From the NCBI GenBank assembly GCA_951406725.2, contig OX597815.1, forward strand, positions 54,560,001 to 54,624,000: DNA of 64,000 nt, written 5' to 3'. The notes under the pieces are model-generated. The model was given only the letters and a program-made list of their open reading frames with translations, was not told where the DNA came from and made no database searches. Origin of the DNA: Octopus vulgaris (Eukaryota). Below, piece after piece: positions 37,279 to 49,624 of the stretch (the first letter of the stretch is position 1; each line of letters opens with the position of its first letter). The position numbers and the translations under genes are program-made.

Positions 37279-37283
<5 letters not shown>
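36685..37283. mobile_element. Segment bounded by 56-bp inverted PLE-type ends within (TA)n
   Basis: 36685-36740 versus 37228-37283 differ by 2 mismatches. The arms match 5253-5298. Confidence 0.8.
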
Positions 37284-37345
<62 letters not shown>

Positions 37346-39809
37346 AAATAAGCAACATTGTAAACATTCTCATACCATATACCCAATTTTATAATTCCAA
37401 CAGGAAATTCACACATACTCAAACCAATCTGAAAACATGCAAACCGAATTATAGAAATAATTTCGTATCATTTCATGCTGGAGCTTCTCACAAGTATTTC
37501 CTACTGTGTACATAGATGTTCTGATTGAGCAAAATATCCAGGGGAAAGAAGTGTCCACACCGAGTTTGTGACATCCTATTTCAGTTGAATTACAGCTGAC
37601 AAATTACTCATAATTTCTTTTCTGAGTAACTTGACCATCGACTTGCCTCCAATTACATGATTGCCTGTTAATATAGTATGCTCTGATCACAGGTAGTTGT
37701 TTGTTTATTACTTGACAAAGAAACTACTTGTGACAAGAATTCACATGAATTTGTCGTACAAGAAATCATGTGATCTCTTGTGTGGCAGGAAATACAAACT
37801 GCTGCTAAGAATGATTTCCATATTTTTGTGGAACTTGATAAAACAGATATGCTTTCAAAAAAATGTATTTTATTACACATGTACCAAAATTGTTGGGAGT
37901 TCACTATGAGATCATCAAGGAACATGACTTTGTGAGTCGTTTTTTAGTACTAATCCTCATCCGGACCTTACTTCTATAAAAACAAATCCTCCATAGATGG
38001 ATGTTCACCTACATGCAGAAACTGAGAAATTTATTCATCAAACCTTTTCAGCCAAATAACCAATTTATCAATAAATTATAACTCCCAAGGTGACCAACAG
38101 TATCCTAATGTAATACAAAGCCATATTTTTCAACACAGTTTTGGTGTTTTCTGCGTATGGATAAAAGTTATTAAAATTCAATTTCACGACAACTTTACAT
38201 ATCCAGAAGAGTTAAAACACTCAAAACAATTCATTTCAGAGGTATTTATATCATGCTTACTTGAATTTTTTATTCAGTTACCTTTCAGACTGACTGCATT
38301 TGTTGAATTCATTTCGGACGTCCAAAATAGGTTGATACTCCTTGATAGACATAACTTCTTCCTACACATGTCGTGACACGGCTAGGAAGCAGTTATGCAG
38401 TTATGCAGTTATGCATATTTTTCACAAAATACATGGCTACACTTTTTCTTTAGTTACCATTAATTTGTTTAAGAAATGTTTGACTTATTAAAGGTGTTTC
38501 CTCAAAATCATCAACCAAAACATAGCATTCTGCGGTGTTGATTCAATCTAACAGGATTCAAACAAACTTGGAAAGATATACCAGTTACAAAGTTTCAGTT
38601 TTGCGCAAGACTTCTGTGAGAATCAACAGAAATTTTAATGTTAGTAATATCCGAACATGAGTGCTTGTGTCCGAAGTATGGATCATTCATGTCATATACA
38701 TGAATATACATATATATACATACATGCATACATACATAGACAAATGCACGCGCGCGCACACACATATATGTATATGTGTGTGTATTAATCGAAGTATACA
38801 GATAAAGAGAAGATTAAAGAGATAAACATTTATCTACCGTTTAACTTTGAACCAATTTCGCAAGGTTACAAAATGCTATTAATCTGGTTTATTGATACTT
38901 GTCACAAGCTGTTACCTTTACCTGTTTAATGCAGCTCCTTATTACTTTGAATTTCAAAGAGAAATATACAATGAATTATGGCAGCCAATGCTATAAAATT
39001 TTAATGTTCTCGATAGTCGTCTTCGTAAATTGTAATAAAATGTCAGTATCATGTAATGTAGTCAATATACTAAAAGAAAAGAAATTTTTAAAAAATAGCA
39101 ATGTCAGCAGATAAGATATTTCTTCTCGTGAAAGGGAAAACTCAGCAAGAACATGCATGACATAGTTTCCTCGGTGAAACATTCTAGATTCTAAGAGAAA
39201 TGTAAATATGGCTAACAGTAAATCGAAGAGACGAAACCTATTTCCTTACCAATATATTAACAGACATAGCTAAGCACTTTCAATATAGGTAAATCTCGAA
39301 AGAGAACACTCAAAGGATTATAGAAGTTGTAGAGTAGTACAAAGAGCTCAGAATTGCAGTAGGTCAAGGAGAAAATCAATAAATTAATAATTCCAGAAGT
39401 GAAACATAATAGAATCTAAAGAAATAAACAGTAAATTGAAAGTTAAGAGGTAGGTCGCCATTTTAAATGGTCAGGTGACTTCACAACCAAACAAAACAAT
39501 GACATATATTATAGGAAGTATTATGAGTAACTATGGAACAATATTCGTACAATTGGTGTGTGTCTGAGTCTGTGTGTATACATGTTTGTATATATGTATG
39601 TGTATATGTGTGTGTATGTACGTGTAAAATTATAATTTAGAGTATCTAAGAGATACTACCACGCTGGAAATAGCAGTCAAAACTTGACCATAAACCACAT
39701 TAAATGTTCATACAGCACCAGTAGAGAAGACAAAGTGACGAAATAAACTAGCAAAAAATTACTGGATAGTTTTGCTAGTTTATTTTGTCTCCTTGTCTAC
39801 TTATTCTCT

Positions 39810-40000
39810 TATTCTTCTAATTGTTTCTGTCATTTACTGCCTTGAAGGCTTTTAGTCGAACAGATCAATCTCAGGACTTTTATTTGTAAACCTCGTTCTT
39901 ATTCCATCGGTCACTTTTGCCGAACCATTAAGATACGGGGACATAAGCAGACCAACACCGGGTGTCAAATGGTGTTGGGACGACAAACACACACACGCAC
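39810..40000 (-). mobile_element. SINE 3' fragment (family shared with 55735-55920)
   Basis: TTGTTTC.GTCA...GCCTTG.A...TTTAGTCGAAC...CCGAACC is shared between the two copies. Confidence 0.65.
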
Positions 40001-40371
40001 ATAGATATAGAATTACATACATATTTACGTACAATATATCCATTAAACCTCCATTCATTTAACTGTCAACTATACGATGGGTCGTGCTAGACGCAGCGCT
40101 TACCGTCTCAAAGTCGGGTATATCCACTGACAGCTTTTCGGTGGGTTCAAAAATTACATATCTACTATGTGTGTAGTGTGTGTATGTGTATATGTATGTA
40201 TGTGCGTGTATATATTTACTTATTTGTATACGCGAGTGTGAGCGTGTATATATGAGTTCCTATATACACATGTATGCATTCGCCAATACGTGTGTGTATG
40301 CACCTGTATCTTGTTGCACGTATATACCCATATACTTGGATATGCGTGTGTGAGCGCATATGTATAAGTGC

Positions 40372-40432
<61 letters not shown>

Positions 40433-40702
40433 TATGTATCTGTGCATATATATGTGCTTATGAGCACGAATACAAAAACTTTTTCGTCTTAGTATTATCT
40501 TCCTTTCTACTTCCTTTTCAACACCTATAGCCGATTACGTTATTTTCTCTAAACTAGAATTTTCACGTTCAGATTTGAATTTTTCGCGTTTCAATTTTTC
40601 TCTGTTTTTTACTCATTCTCAAAGTTGACGGACATTTAACGATACGTAAAACCGAATCTATAGTGAGACTTCTTATTTTTTTAATATTTTTTATCTATTT
40701 AT

Positions 40703-40744
40703 GTACCGGAAGAGACCCAGAACGGGTCGAAACACGTGTCGTAC
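40703..40744 (+). ncRNA. Hammerhead motif with a U4G change, at a PLE-like end
   Basis: GUAC-CGGAAGA-GACCC(agaac)GGGUC-GAAA-cacgug-UC/GUAC; (TA)n lies 40 bp downstream. Confidence 0.6.
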
Positions 40745-41039
40745 TAACTAAAATCTTAATTCCATTTATTTTACTAATACTGTTACTATATATATATATA
40801 TATATATATCAACTATATATCAACTATACATGAACTATATATCAACTATACATGAACTCTAAGATGTCTGACTCCGTTGTGTATTATAAATGAATTTCTT
40901 GTGTTTGACGGCATGAGCTGTCTCTTTTTATATATAACTTTTTTTGATAAGGTTCATTTCAGGAACTGAAACATGTTATAATGTATATATAAAAATTAAA
41001 AATTGTATAATACAGCAGCATTTTCGAACTTCATTTTTT

Positions 41040-41098
<59 letters not shown>

Positions 41099-41100
<2 letters not shown>

Positions 41101-41945
41101 AGAGGAAAAAATGATAAGGCAGAATGCTAAATTGAAAGTAAATTTTAATAAAAATGGGTGTATGTAAAATGAAAAAAGAAATCAAACTTTCATTGCAAGG
41201 CAAATTTTCAAGGTTTGGAAGGGGGAAAATTGTTTTTTAAATTGAGGAGGGGGGAAAATAAATTTACAATGTTTTTTCATAAAAATAATAAATATATACA
41301 AAAATTAATAAATAAGTATACCAATACATTGTAGTATCTTTATGCTTTTACAATATTAGTCCATGGAAAAACTCCTTTGGAGGATTAGGATGCATGTGTT
41401 TAAGTGTAGTGTTTTGTTTGAAAATGTTGGATGTTTATGAGTCAAAACAGGAAATGGGTTAGGAGTTATCCAGTTCCTGTGAATAAGGGGAGATAATTCT
41501 GTGGATTTTATACTCTTTAATTGGAATGCTGGGTTTTTTGTCAAACAGGATGCTTATATCTATTTTTTGTCAGACGGTATACTAGAAAAAGGAATACGGT
41601 CACCATGGAGTTTGCATATTAAGAAACGTTTGGAATTGTTGGATTCTTTCTTGTGTAGATATTCTGTCTTTACATTGGTAGAAAGGGAATATATGAAATT
41701 TGGGATTTTTATTTCCAGCGCAAGAGTCTATGTGGCTACTGAGTGGAATTTGACGGTATTGTGCGAGATTTATCTGTTCTTTATGGACTGCTACTCTTCT
41801 GCGTAAACGAAGGCTCGTTTGTCCGATATAATTGTGTTGGCAATCGACGCATGTAAGAACATAAATGAGGTTCTCGGAGGAACAAGAGAAGTTAGTCTTG
41901 ATAAACTTTTAGATTGGTTCTTGCATTTTCAGTACAAATGTCCAA
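41099..41945 (-). mobile_element. Penelope-like element 3' part (GIY-YIG endonuclease plus 3' end)
   Basis: Minus strand ~41905-41640: KTNFSCSSENLIYVLTCVDCQHNYIGQTSLRLRRRVAVHKEQI...PKFHIFPFYQC, homologous to ORF 57466-57924. It ends in (TA)n. Confidence 0.85.
41179..41216 (-). ncRNA. Hammerhead motif, U3-A8 variant, partly decayed
   Basis: AAACC-UUGAAAA-u-UUGC(cuu)GCAA-u-GAAA-gu-UU/GAUUU. Confidence 0.45.
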
Positions 41946-41948
41946 GTT

Positions 41949-42130
41949 TAAGGCGTCGTTCTGGCAGAATCGGCATTTCGTCCGTTGTTACGTTCTGAGG
42001 CCGAGGCCAACCTCACCTTTCATCTTTTTATGGGTGGATTAAATAAGTACCATTTGAGCACTAAAGTCGACGTAATCGGCTTCCCTGCACCTCCGAAATT
42101 GCTGCTTTGTGCCAAAATTTGAAGCCACAA
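41949..42130 (+). mobile_element. Decayed SINE truncating the PLE
   Basis: TAAGGCG head and a CCTTTCATC...AATAAGTACC core. Confidence 0.7.
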
Positions 42131-42491
42131 TAGAAGTACAAGCTTTTATATGTATATTTACTCGTAATGTCTCGTCCATTCCAATCTCCTTCTTACTAAC
42201 TTCGATATGTTTTCTCTTTCCATTTTCTTTCGTTATCTTAACATGAAACTCCACTATAGTAATAATGCTATATCAATTCAAATTACACCATATTATATAT
42301 GCTATAGAGGTAACACATTTTCTCTTCTCTGCTTTTATTTCTCTTTTTTTCTTTCCTTTCCCCGCGACATACACTCGTTAATACATACATACATACATAC
42401 ATACATACATACATACATACATACATACATGCATACATTATTATGGCTGCCCCCTCGTTATCGAGTATGACCATTGCACGAAGCTTAACTG

Positions 42492-45400
42492 TTACTGGTG
42501 CTGTGATCGAATGTGACTTTTTAGCCCAGCTAAAGATCTACAATATCTTGTACAAAATTGGCAACTAAAACATTTACTGGTAATAGCCGGCTGTAGTTGT
42601 AACTGGGCTTCATGTACCTTTGCATGTCGTTTAAGTCCTCCTGCCGAATTACACTCTCTTCCACATGTCTGACAGATATAATTAGTATGGTGTGTTACAC
42701 CACCACCAGTGGCCAGGTTGTCACTCATCTGTCTCGTTTTATGATTACGAAGATGACACATGAGTCCAGCTTTACTGAGGTAGGGTCTTGCACAGACATT
42801 GCATGTCAGAATCAAAGGAAGACCCTTCCCTTCTAGAAGTGTAACAGCGATGCCCTTCCTGACATCCCATCTTACTTTCTCATGTGCAACACGAGATTTC
42901 TCAAAAGTAGCCACTTTTGCACAGTCCCCTCATGCACAGTTCTTCTCCACCTGCCACGATCAATAGCTATGCCTTCCCGTGTGTCAGGAGAGATGCAAGC
43001 ATCTCTTAAGGAAGCCTTCAGCAAGTCCTTATACCTCTTTTTTGGTTTATGTGGAGGTCGTTCTCCTTTAGCTAACTCTCCATAAAAGAGTTGTTTTGGC
43101 ATCCTTGAATCCTTCATTCTGACCAGATGACCACTCCATCTGAGCCTTTGCTTTAACACAAGAGCTTCTATACTTTCACACCGACAGCCTTCCAATATTT
43201 CAAGATCACTGATGCGGTCCTTCCACTTAATGCCATAGATCTGTCTGAGGCACATCTGATGGAAACGTTCCAGTTGTTTTAGGTGGTATCGATATGTGAC
43301 CCACGTCTCGCAGGCATAGAGAAGAGAAGGGAGCGCACATGCCTTGTACACCTTTATCTTTGTCTTTCTGCATATGTCTCGCCGACTCCAGAGGCGCTTT
43401 TCTAGCCTTTCGAAAGCAACACTTGCTTTCCTAATTCTAAATGGAATTTCATCATCCACATTGCCATATCTATTAATAGTGCTTCCCAGATAGACAAACT
43501 GATCGACTACATCAAGTCGTTTACCATTCACATAGATATTTGGTACACTATACTGCTTACCTGGGGCAGGTTGATGCATGACAACAGTTTTCATGAGATT
43601 GACTGTCAATCCTAAGGCAGTGCAAGGATCAGAGAATGCATTCAAAATGTGTTGCATATCAATCTCTGTGTGTGCTACTAGCTCACAATCATCAGCATAC
43701 AAAAGGTCTCTTATGATAGAGGTAAATACCTTTCTTTTTGCAGCAAGGCGCCTGATATTAAATATGCTGCCAGAGGTTCGATAATGGACGTAAACACCGT
43801 ATCTGCAGTTTCTGAATGTAATACAGAACACCATCGTGAAATATATGGCAAATCGGGTCGGTGCCAGAATATCCCCCTGTTTCACTCCATTTTGTATTGA
43901 AATGGGCTCCGACATTTTCCCTCTAACATTCACCCTATCATTCATGTCTTCATGAAAAGACCTAACCAAAGTAAGGAACTTTTCAGGACACCCAAGTTTC
44001 TGGAGGACTTTCCACAATGCTTTTCTATTGACGGTATCAAAGCCTGATACAAATCCAGGCTCTGTTCCACACACTTTTCCTGAAGCTGTCTAGCTGAAAA
44101 GATCATATCAGTAGTGCCACGTCCCACACGAAAGCCAGATTGAGTTTCTGGAAGAACACAATCTGCAATGTATTTCAGCAGACGATCCAGAAGTATCCTG
44201 CATAAAACCTTTCCTACAGCAGACAGCAATGATACTCCCTATAATTACCACAATCATTCCTCTTGCCCTTTCCCTTATACAGGACCACGATTACTGCATC
44301 TCTCCAGTCCTCAGGTACAGATTCACTAGTCCATATCTTACCAAACAAAGAGTGAAGCTTCTGCAGATGTTTCTCACAACCATGCTGTAACAACTCCGCA
44401 TGTATGCTATCCATACCCGGAGACTTCCCATTATTCAACCTTGAGACAGCCATTGCAACTTCTAACTTTGGTGGTTCCGCGAGTGCTGCCTTCACAGGCA
44501 ATCCAGGGATGAGATTGAGAACATCCTCAATAACTACAGACTTTTGATTCAAAAGTTCATCAAAGTGTTCTTGCCACCTTCACAGAATTCCTTGTGAATC
44601 ACAAAGAAGTTCTTTACCATCCCTACTTCGAAGTGGTGTGATCAGGGAAGACGTCGGTCCATAAACTTCTCGCAAGAGACCATACGACAGCTTTGTGTTA
44701 TTGGAATCTGATGCCGCCTGTATCTCGTCAGCCTTCTTACTCCACCATGTATCCCTCATCTGAAAGAGCCTTTGCCTCACGCGTGATTTTACATCCTTAA
44801 GTTCCCTATGCAACACTTCCCTTTCCTGTGGCTTTGCTGACAAATATCGAGACAAAGTACGTCTTTTATCAGCCAATGAATCATCTATATGTTCATCATT
44901 TTCTTTGAACCAATCTTGATGGTTTCTTTGTATCAATCCCAGAACTTTCTTGCCTATATCATAAACTGACTTTTTAAGGGTCGGCTAACCCTCCCCAATA
45001 TCTGCAGCATTCATTTCCTCTCGTAAAGTTCTCTTCACACTATTATACCTAAGACGATCAACATTCAGTATTTTTGGCAGGGTCATCCCTGCAGCTCGGA
45101 TTTTATGTTTTGTGACTAATTTCACTTTTGCGCGTACTAGGCTGTGGTCAGTCCAACACTCAGCTCCACGAAGAACACGAACACACTGCACATCCCGTCT
45201 ATCACGCACCCTAACTAGGATGTAATCCAGAATATGCCATTCTTTAGGTGCAGGGGGCATCTATGTAGTCTTGAGCTTATTCTTTTGTTGAAACATGGTA
45301 TTGATAACACACAGACTCAGCTCCTCACACATCTGCAGCAAAAGCATGCCATTACTATTGCATTTCCCCACCCCATGCTTTCCAATTACAGTCCATGTGT

Positions 45401-46037
45401 TAAAATCCCTACCCACTCGAGCATTAATGTCACCCAGGACGATGACTTTGTCTGCCCGAGGGATATTTCTTATAATGCCCTTCAAAGCATGGTAGAAAGA
45501 AAGTTTTTCGTCATCAGTATAGCACATAGTTGGAGCATACACACTCACCAAGGTCATATAATTTCCTTTAGCCAAAGGAATTCTCATGGACATAAGACGC
45601 TCGTTAATTCCGATTGGGAATTCTTCCAACTTGTCCACAAGAGTAGTCTTAACAACAAATGCCACTCCAGCTTCTCTTCTAAACTCTTCATTCCTCCTTT
45701 TCCAAAAGAATGTATATTTTCCACAAGATTCTGTAAGATGACCATCTCCAGGTTATCTCGTCTCAGATAAAGCAACGATGTCAAGATCATAGCGTTGAAT
45801 CTTCTTCGCAACAAGCGCAGTCCTTCTTTCATGACATTCAGAGGACTTGCGGTCAAGCAGCGTCCGTACATTCCAACAGCCAATATTCACTATTTTCTTT
45901 GGTTCTATCACAGTAGCATGATGACGACCAGGTTCAGACTTTGATGCTCTGGAGCCCCTGTCGGGCCAGACTCTTTCAGCTGATGTAGTTCTAGAGTCCT
46001 TACTGCCATTTATTTTTATACTGTTTTGGTACATCAC
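42492..46037 (-). pseudogene. RTE ORF: AP endonuclease, reverse transcriptase and three C2H2 fingers (frameshifted)
   Basis: WNVRTL, VALSETR, VYAPT, LGDINAR, LDYIL, TDHSL; KSPGMD, QSGFRVGRGT, GVKQGDIL, LLYADD, YLGS, WSGHLVRM; three CxxC...H motifs in 42492-42914. Confidence 0.95.
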
Positions 46038-46576
46038 TGATTTTTTGATTTTTAAGGCTACAGCCAGCCATTCAGTTGAGACTCACAGCACCATCAACAA
46101 TCATGAATTAGTTAATCAATTTAATCAATCCAATATAGTTATCGGGCAATGCCTGTGCAAAAAGATTTTTTTTAAAGTGAGGAAAAGCTGTGCACTGAGT
46201 CAATCCCACTCGCTAAGCAACAGCAGCCATAATCCGAAAAGAAGAACAAGTCAACATCATCGGTAACCACTGAGCCGCAGGTTTTATGTCGGAGTTATCG
46301 CAGTTACCTGACTTACCTTCTCCTAGAAGGATGCCCTAACAAAGGCTAGGAGTCCTTCACTCCCAATGGTTTAACCGCGCGATCGGGTATTCAGTCCGAT
46401 TATTTCTATGTCCCCGCGCATGATACAGCCTTAATCCTTAAGAAAAAAAAAAGAAAAAACATTTATTGGATGGCCGTTGACTCTCAAGAGTTCCTTCGCC
46501 CTTTGACGGGTTTTGTTTTTTATCCCGCAGGGTGTGCAATAAACACCCTCCTCACCAAGCAAGCTTGGTGGGGTTG

Positions 46577-46654
46577 CCAGTTTAGTCGCCGACGACCCGG
46601 CCATGCAACAGGTTGCACTGGGTTACATGTTACCAGTAGCACTCGAAAGTGACC
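46577..46654 (-). ncRNA. HDV-like ribozyme fold at the RTE 5' end
   Basis: P1 GGUCAC/AUGGCC (one mismatch); P2 CCAGU/ACUGG; P3 GCA/UGC; L3 ACCUGU; P1.1 CC/GG; short P4 UCG/CGA; CUAA. Confidence 0.65.
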
Positions 46655-46849
46655 TGACATAACATACATACATACGTACGTACGTACATACATACATACA
46701 TACATACATACATACATACATACATACATACATACATGCATACATACATACATGTACATACATACATACATACGTACGTACATACATACATACATACGTA
46801 CGTACACACGTAAGTACGTATGTATGTATGTATGCATAATATTACCGTT

Positions 46850-47485
46850 AAGAAAGTCCCATCTTCAGATCTTGAAGTATTCTAGGTGAAGGAAAAGAGG
46901 AATTTCAACTTCAATGCAGTAAAGAGAGAATACTATACCAACATCAAATGTAAAATATATGCAATTAACTTGGAAATTATCACCATAGCTGTAGGCAAAC
47001 TACATAACAGTAAGGCACCTGGAAGGGACCTTATAGTTGGATACTGGTATAAGAGGGTGATACTGTGCAGGAAACCACTAATAAGTATATTCAAAAGCAG
47101 TATGGAAAGTCAGACTGACAAACCAATTTAGCTTGTTTATAGCACGGACGAATCTCGTATTCAAAACTGAAATCACTGAGTTGCCTGAAAATCCCAGGCG
47201 CATTGGTCGCTAAATATTATGTATAAACTGTACACAAGCTGTCTCAATCAATTTGTCCAGGATCATTGTAAGTCCAAAAACATAGTGACTGATGAACAGG
47301 CCAGTAGAAAGGAGCGAGTATGGGGATGTGCCGAACAACTGATAAACAAAGCTGTACTGTCTTAGATAAAAAAAAAAAAACCATTGTAGGAGCCTTACAA
47401 TAGTATGACTTCATTATAGGAAGGCATTTGGCTCTATTCCCCAATCATAATGCTGAAATGTCTCCATTTGGCAAAAGTCCCTGCT
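46850..47485 (+). mobile_element. Decayed R4/Dong-like RT N-terminal fragment
   Basis: KLHNSKAPGRDLIVGYWYK, IVTDEQA, WGCAEQL. Confidence 0.6.
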
Positions 47486-47499
47486 ACATTAATTACTGC

Positions 47500-48142
47500 C
47501 AGTTTGAGGTTCACAAAGGCCTGGGCCATAATCTTCATATTTAGAACAGAGAAGAATGATTTTGTCCGATGCTATAAATATTTGAAAGGGAATATTCCAG
47601 AGAGGTAGTGTATGAGCTGTACACAAGTGTACGAGTGGTTCAGACGTTTCCAAGAGGACCACAAAATGTCGATATTGACGAACGTTCTGGGAGACCCGCA
47701 ACCAGCAGAACTGAGAAAATTATTGCAGACGTGCGTGCAGCTGTGACGGGAGATCGTCAAATTACCATCTATGACTTATCAGATTAGTTACTATTCAGTT
47801 TAGTCCATTATCATTGAAAATTTGGGTGTGAGACGCGTGTCTGCCACGTTTATTCCAAAACTGCTTTCAGCTGACCAAAAGGACATTCACATTTCAGTTG
47901 CACAAGATTTCCTTGATTATGTCAAAAACGATAAAAAAACTTTTTGAAAACTTTGCATAGGCCTCTGAGCAGGAATGGCCAAGCTTTTGGCAAATTCTGA
48001 TTGAGATACTCTGCTCAACATTCTCTGTCATGGTCAATACGACGATCACACCTTCCTTCCAAGCACTGCTTTAAACAGTGGAAATGAGCTATAGCTTCGT
48101 TACTATAGCAGCAGTCCGGATACTTATTGATCAGACTACGTG
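47500..48142 (+). mobile_element. Internally deleted mariner element
   Basis: VYEWFRRF, DERSGRP, DRQITI and LGVRRVSATFIPKLL (HTH and WVPxxL linker). TIR-like end AGTCCGGATACTTATTGATCAGACTACGT at 48113-48141. Confidence 0.85.
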
Positions 48143-48168
48143 TATGTATACATATATATATATATATG

Positions 48169-48248
<80 letters not shown>

Positions 48249-48400
48249 GGTTATGAGAGGTAATGGTGTCAATAAGATACAAAGGTGTCAGGTAATGCTG
48301 AATAAGTGTTATGGACAGATTATAGTTAAGCTCCAAGTTCGGTGATTATGCGAATGAGGAGACCAACATAAGTCATATATCAGCATGTTTATATGTAAAG

Positions 48401-48762
48401 ATTTTCAGAATGAGATAAAAATCCAAGGCTGTGAAGGATTTTAGAGCATTTATAAATAGAAGGTTTTACAGCTGTTTCCGGAATGTTTGATATATCCCTT
48501 CATCAGAGACGGTGTGAGAAAATGGTTATGTATACCATTCTGCCTAAATAATGGATCTACAGATGCAATATCTCACGTTTATTTTCATTCCGCCACTTCA
48601 CTCTCTATTTTATAGCTTATTTAGAACAACTATTGCTTAACCATTTTCTCACACCATCTCTGATGAAGGGATATATAAAATATCCCGGAAACAGCTGTAA
48701 GACCTATTTATAAATGTTCTTAAATCTTTCACAGCCTTGGATCTTTATCTCATTCTGAAAAT
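48401..48762. mobile_element. Non-coding PLE-end inverted repeat with a hammerhead in each arm
   Basis: 48401-48528 and 48638-48762 are diverged reverse complements. Confidence 0.85.
48657..48702 (+). ncRNA. Type I hammerhead ribozyme motif (canonical core)
   Basis: UCU-CUGAUGA-a-GGGAUAU(auaaa)AUAUCCC-g-GAAA-cagcug-UA/AGA. A weaker minus-strand copy lies at 48464-48509. Confidence 0.78.
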
Positions 48763-48803
48763 ATAAATATATGCATACTCACACGCACGCACACACACAC
48801 ATA

Positions 48804-48891
<88 letters not shown>

Positions 48892-49624
48892 GTGTACATT
48901 AAAACACAAGAGAAACTACCTTTAACAGGTAATTTTACACGCTAGAAGAAGCAGTCAAAACGACCGAAACCACATTTAAGAGCAATTTCGAAGGGAATGA
49001 AAAATAAAAAATTTTAGCAAATAAAATAATTTGCCAGGCGAAATTCACATCAATAACCGCGCCATAACATTAACATAATTTAGAGACAAATAACACGTGC
49101 CTCATCATTATATATTATAATTTTTCAAATTCACAGCGCAAGCGCAGTTTCAGTCGGGAGTAAATGAAAAATGCTGAACTGATCTTCCGAATGCTAAAAT
49201 CATATACGTAAAATATATAGGATAGCGAATATTTTTAGAAATGTCACTACCAGTTAAGCTTCACTAATCCAGGATTCACTCTTCACCAGCAATAACACAA
49301 CCGACGTCTCATACACTTTATTTATGTTGGTGGGTGTTGCATTATGGTTACAGAGAATACCTTTTCATTGATACATATACACATTGTAAATGCCAAGCAA
49401 GTTGTACAAGTTGTGGTTGCAAGATTCGGAATATGTTCGTTTATCACCTCAGTTCTACACATCACAAATATCTCGTAAAATACATCAAATTCTCTAGGTG
49501 TAGTCAACCAAAATATTCTTTTAATTCAAATAACATATAGAAACATAAATATATTTTAAAAGTAGATTTATAGTCAAAATTAAGCGGTTAGTAATATATT
49601 ACTTCTTGTTCATAATTCTTACAT

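Larger units (their letters stand above)
42440..46656 (-). mobile_element. Full-length RTE-clade (BovB-like) LINE in (TACA)n
   Basis: 5' UTR, AP endonuclease, RT and zinc fingers are in order; (TACA)n lies on both sides. Confidence 0.93.

Noticed and set aside
37540-38690. Possible decayed DNA-transposon coding sequence (DMLSK-VFYYTC)
   Set aside because: A single weak frameshifted motif; it cannot be assigned without a profile search.
39721-39800. Short imperfect hairpin
   Set aside because: Small and AT-rich, with no ribozyme core or second copy in the window.
48940-49000. CTAGAAGA...GAAA resembling a hammerhead
   Set aside because: Core spacing is wrong and there is no stem I or III. 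It resembles a common repeat segment also seen at ~39660.
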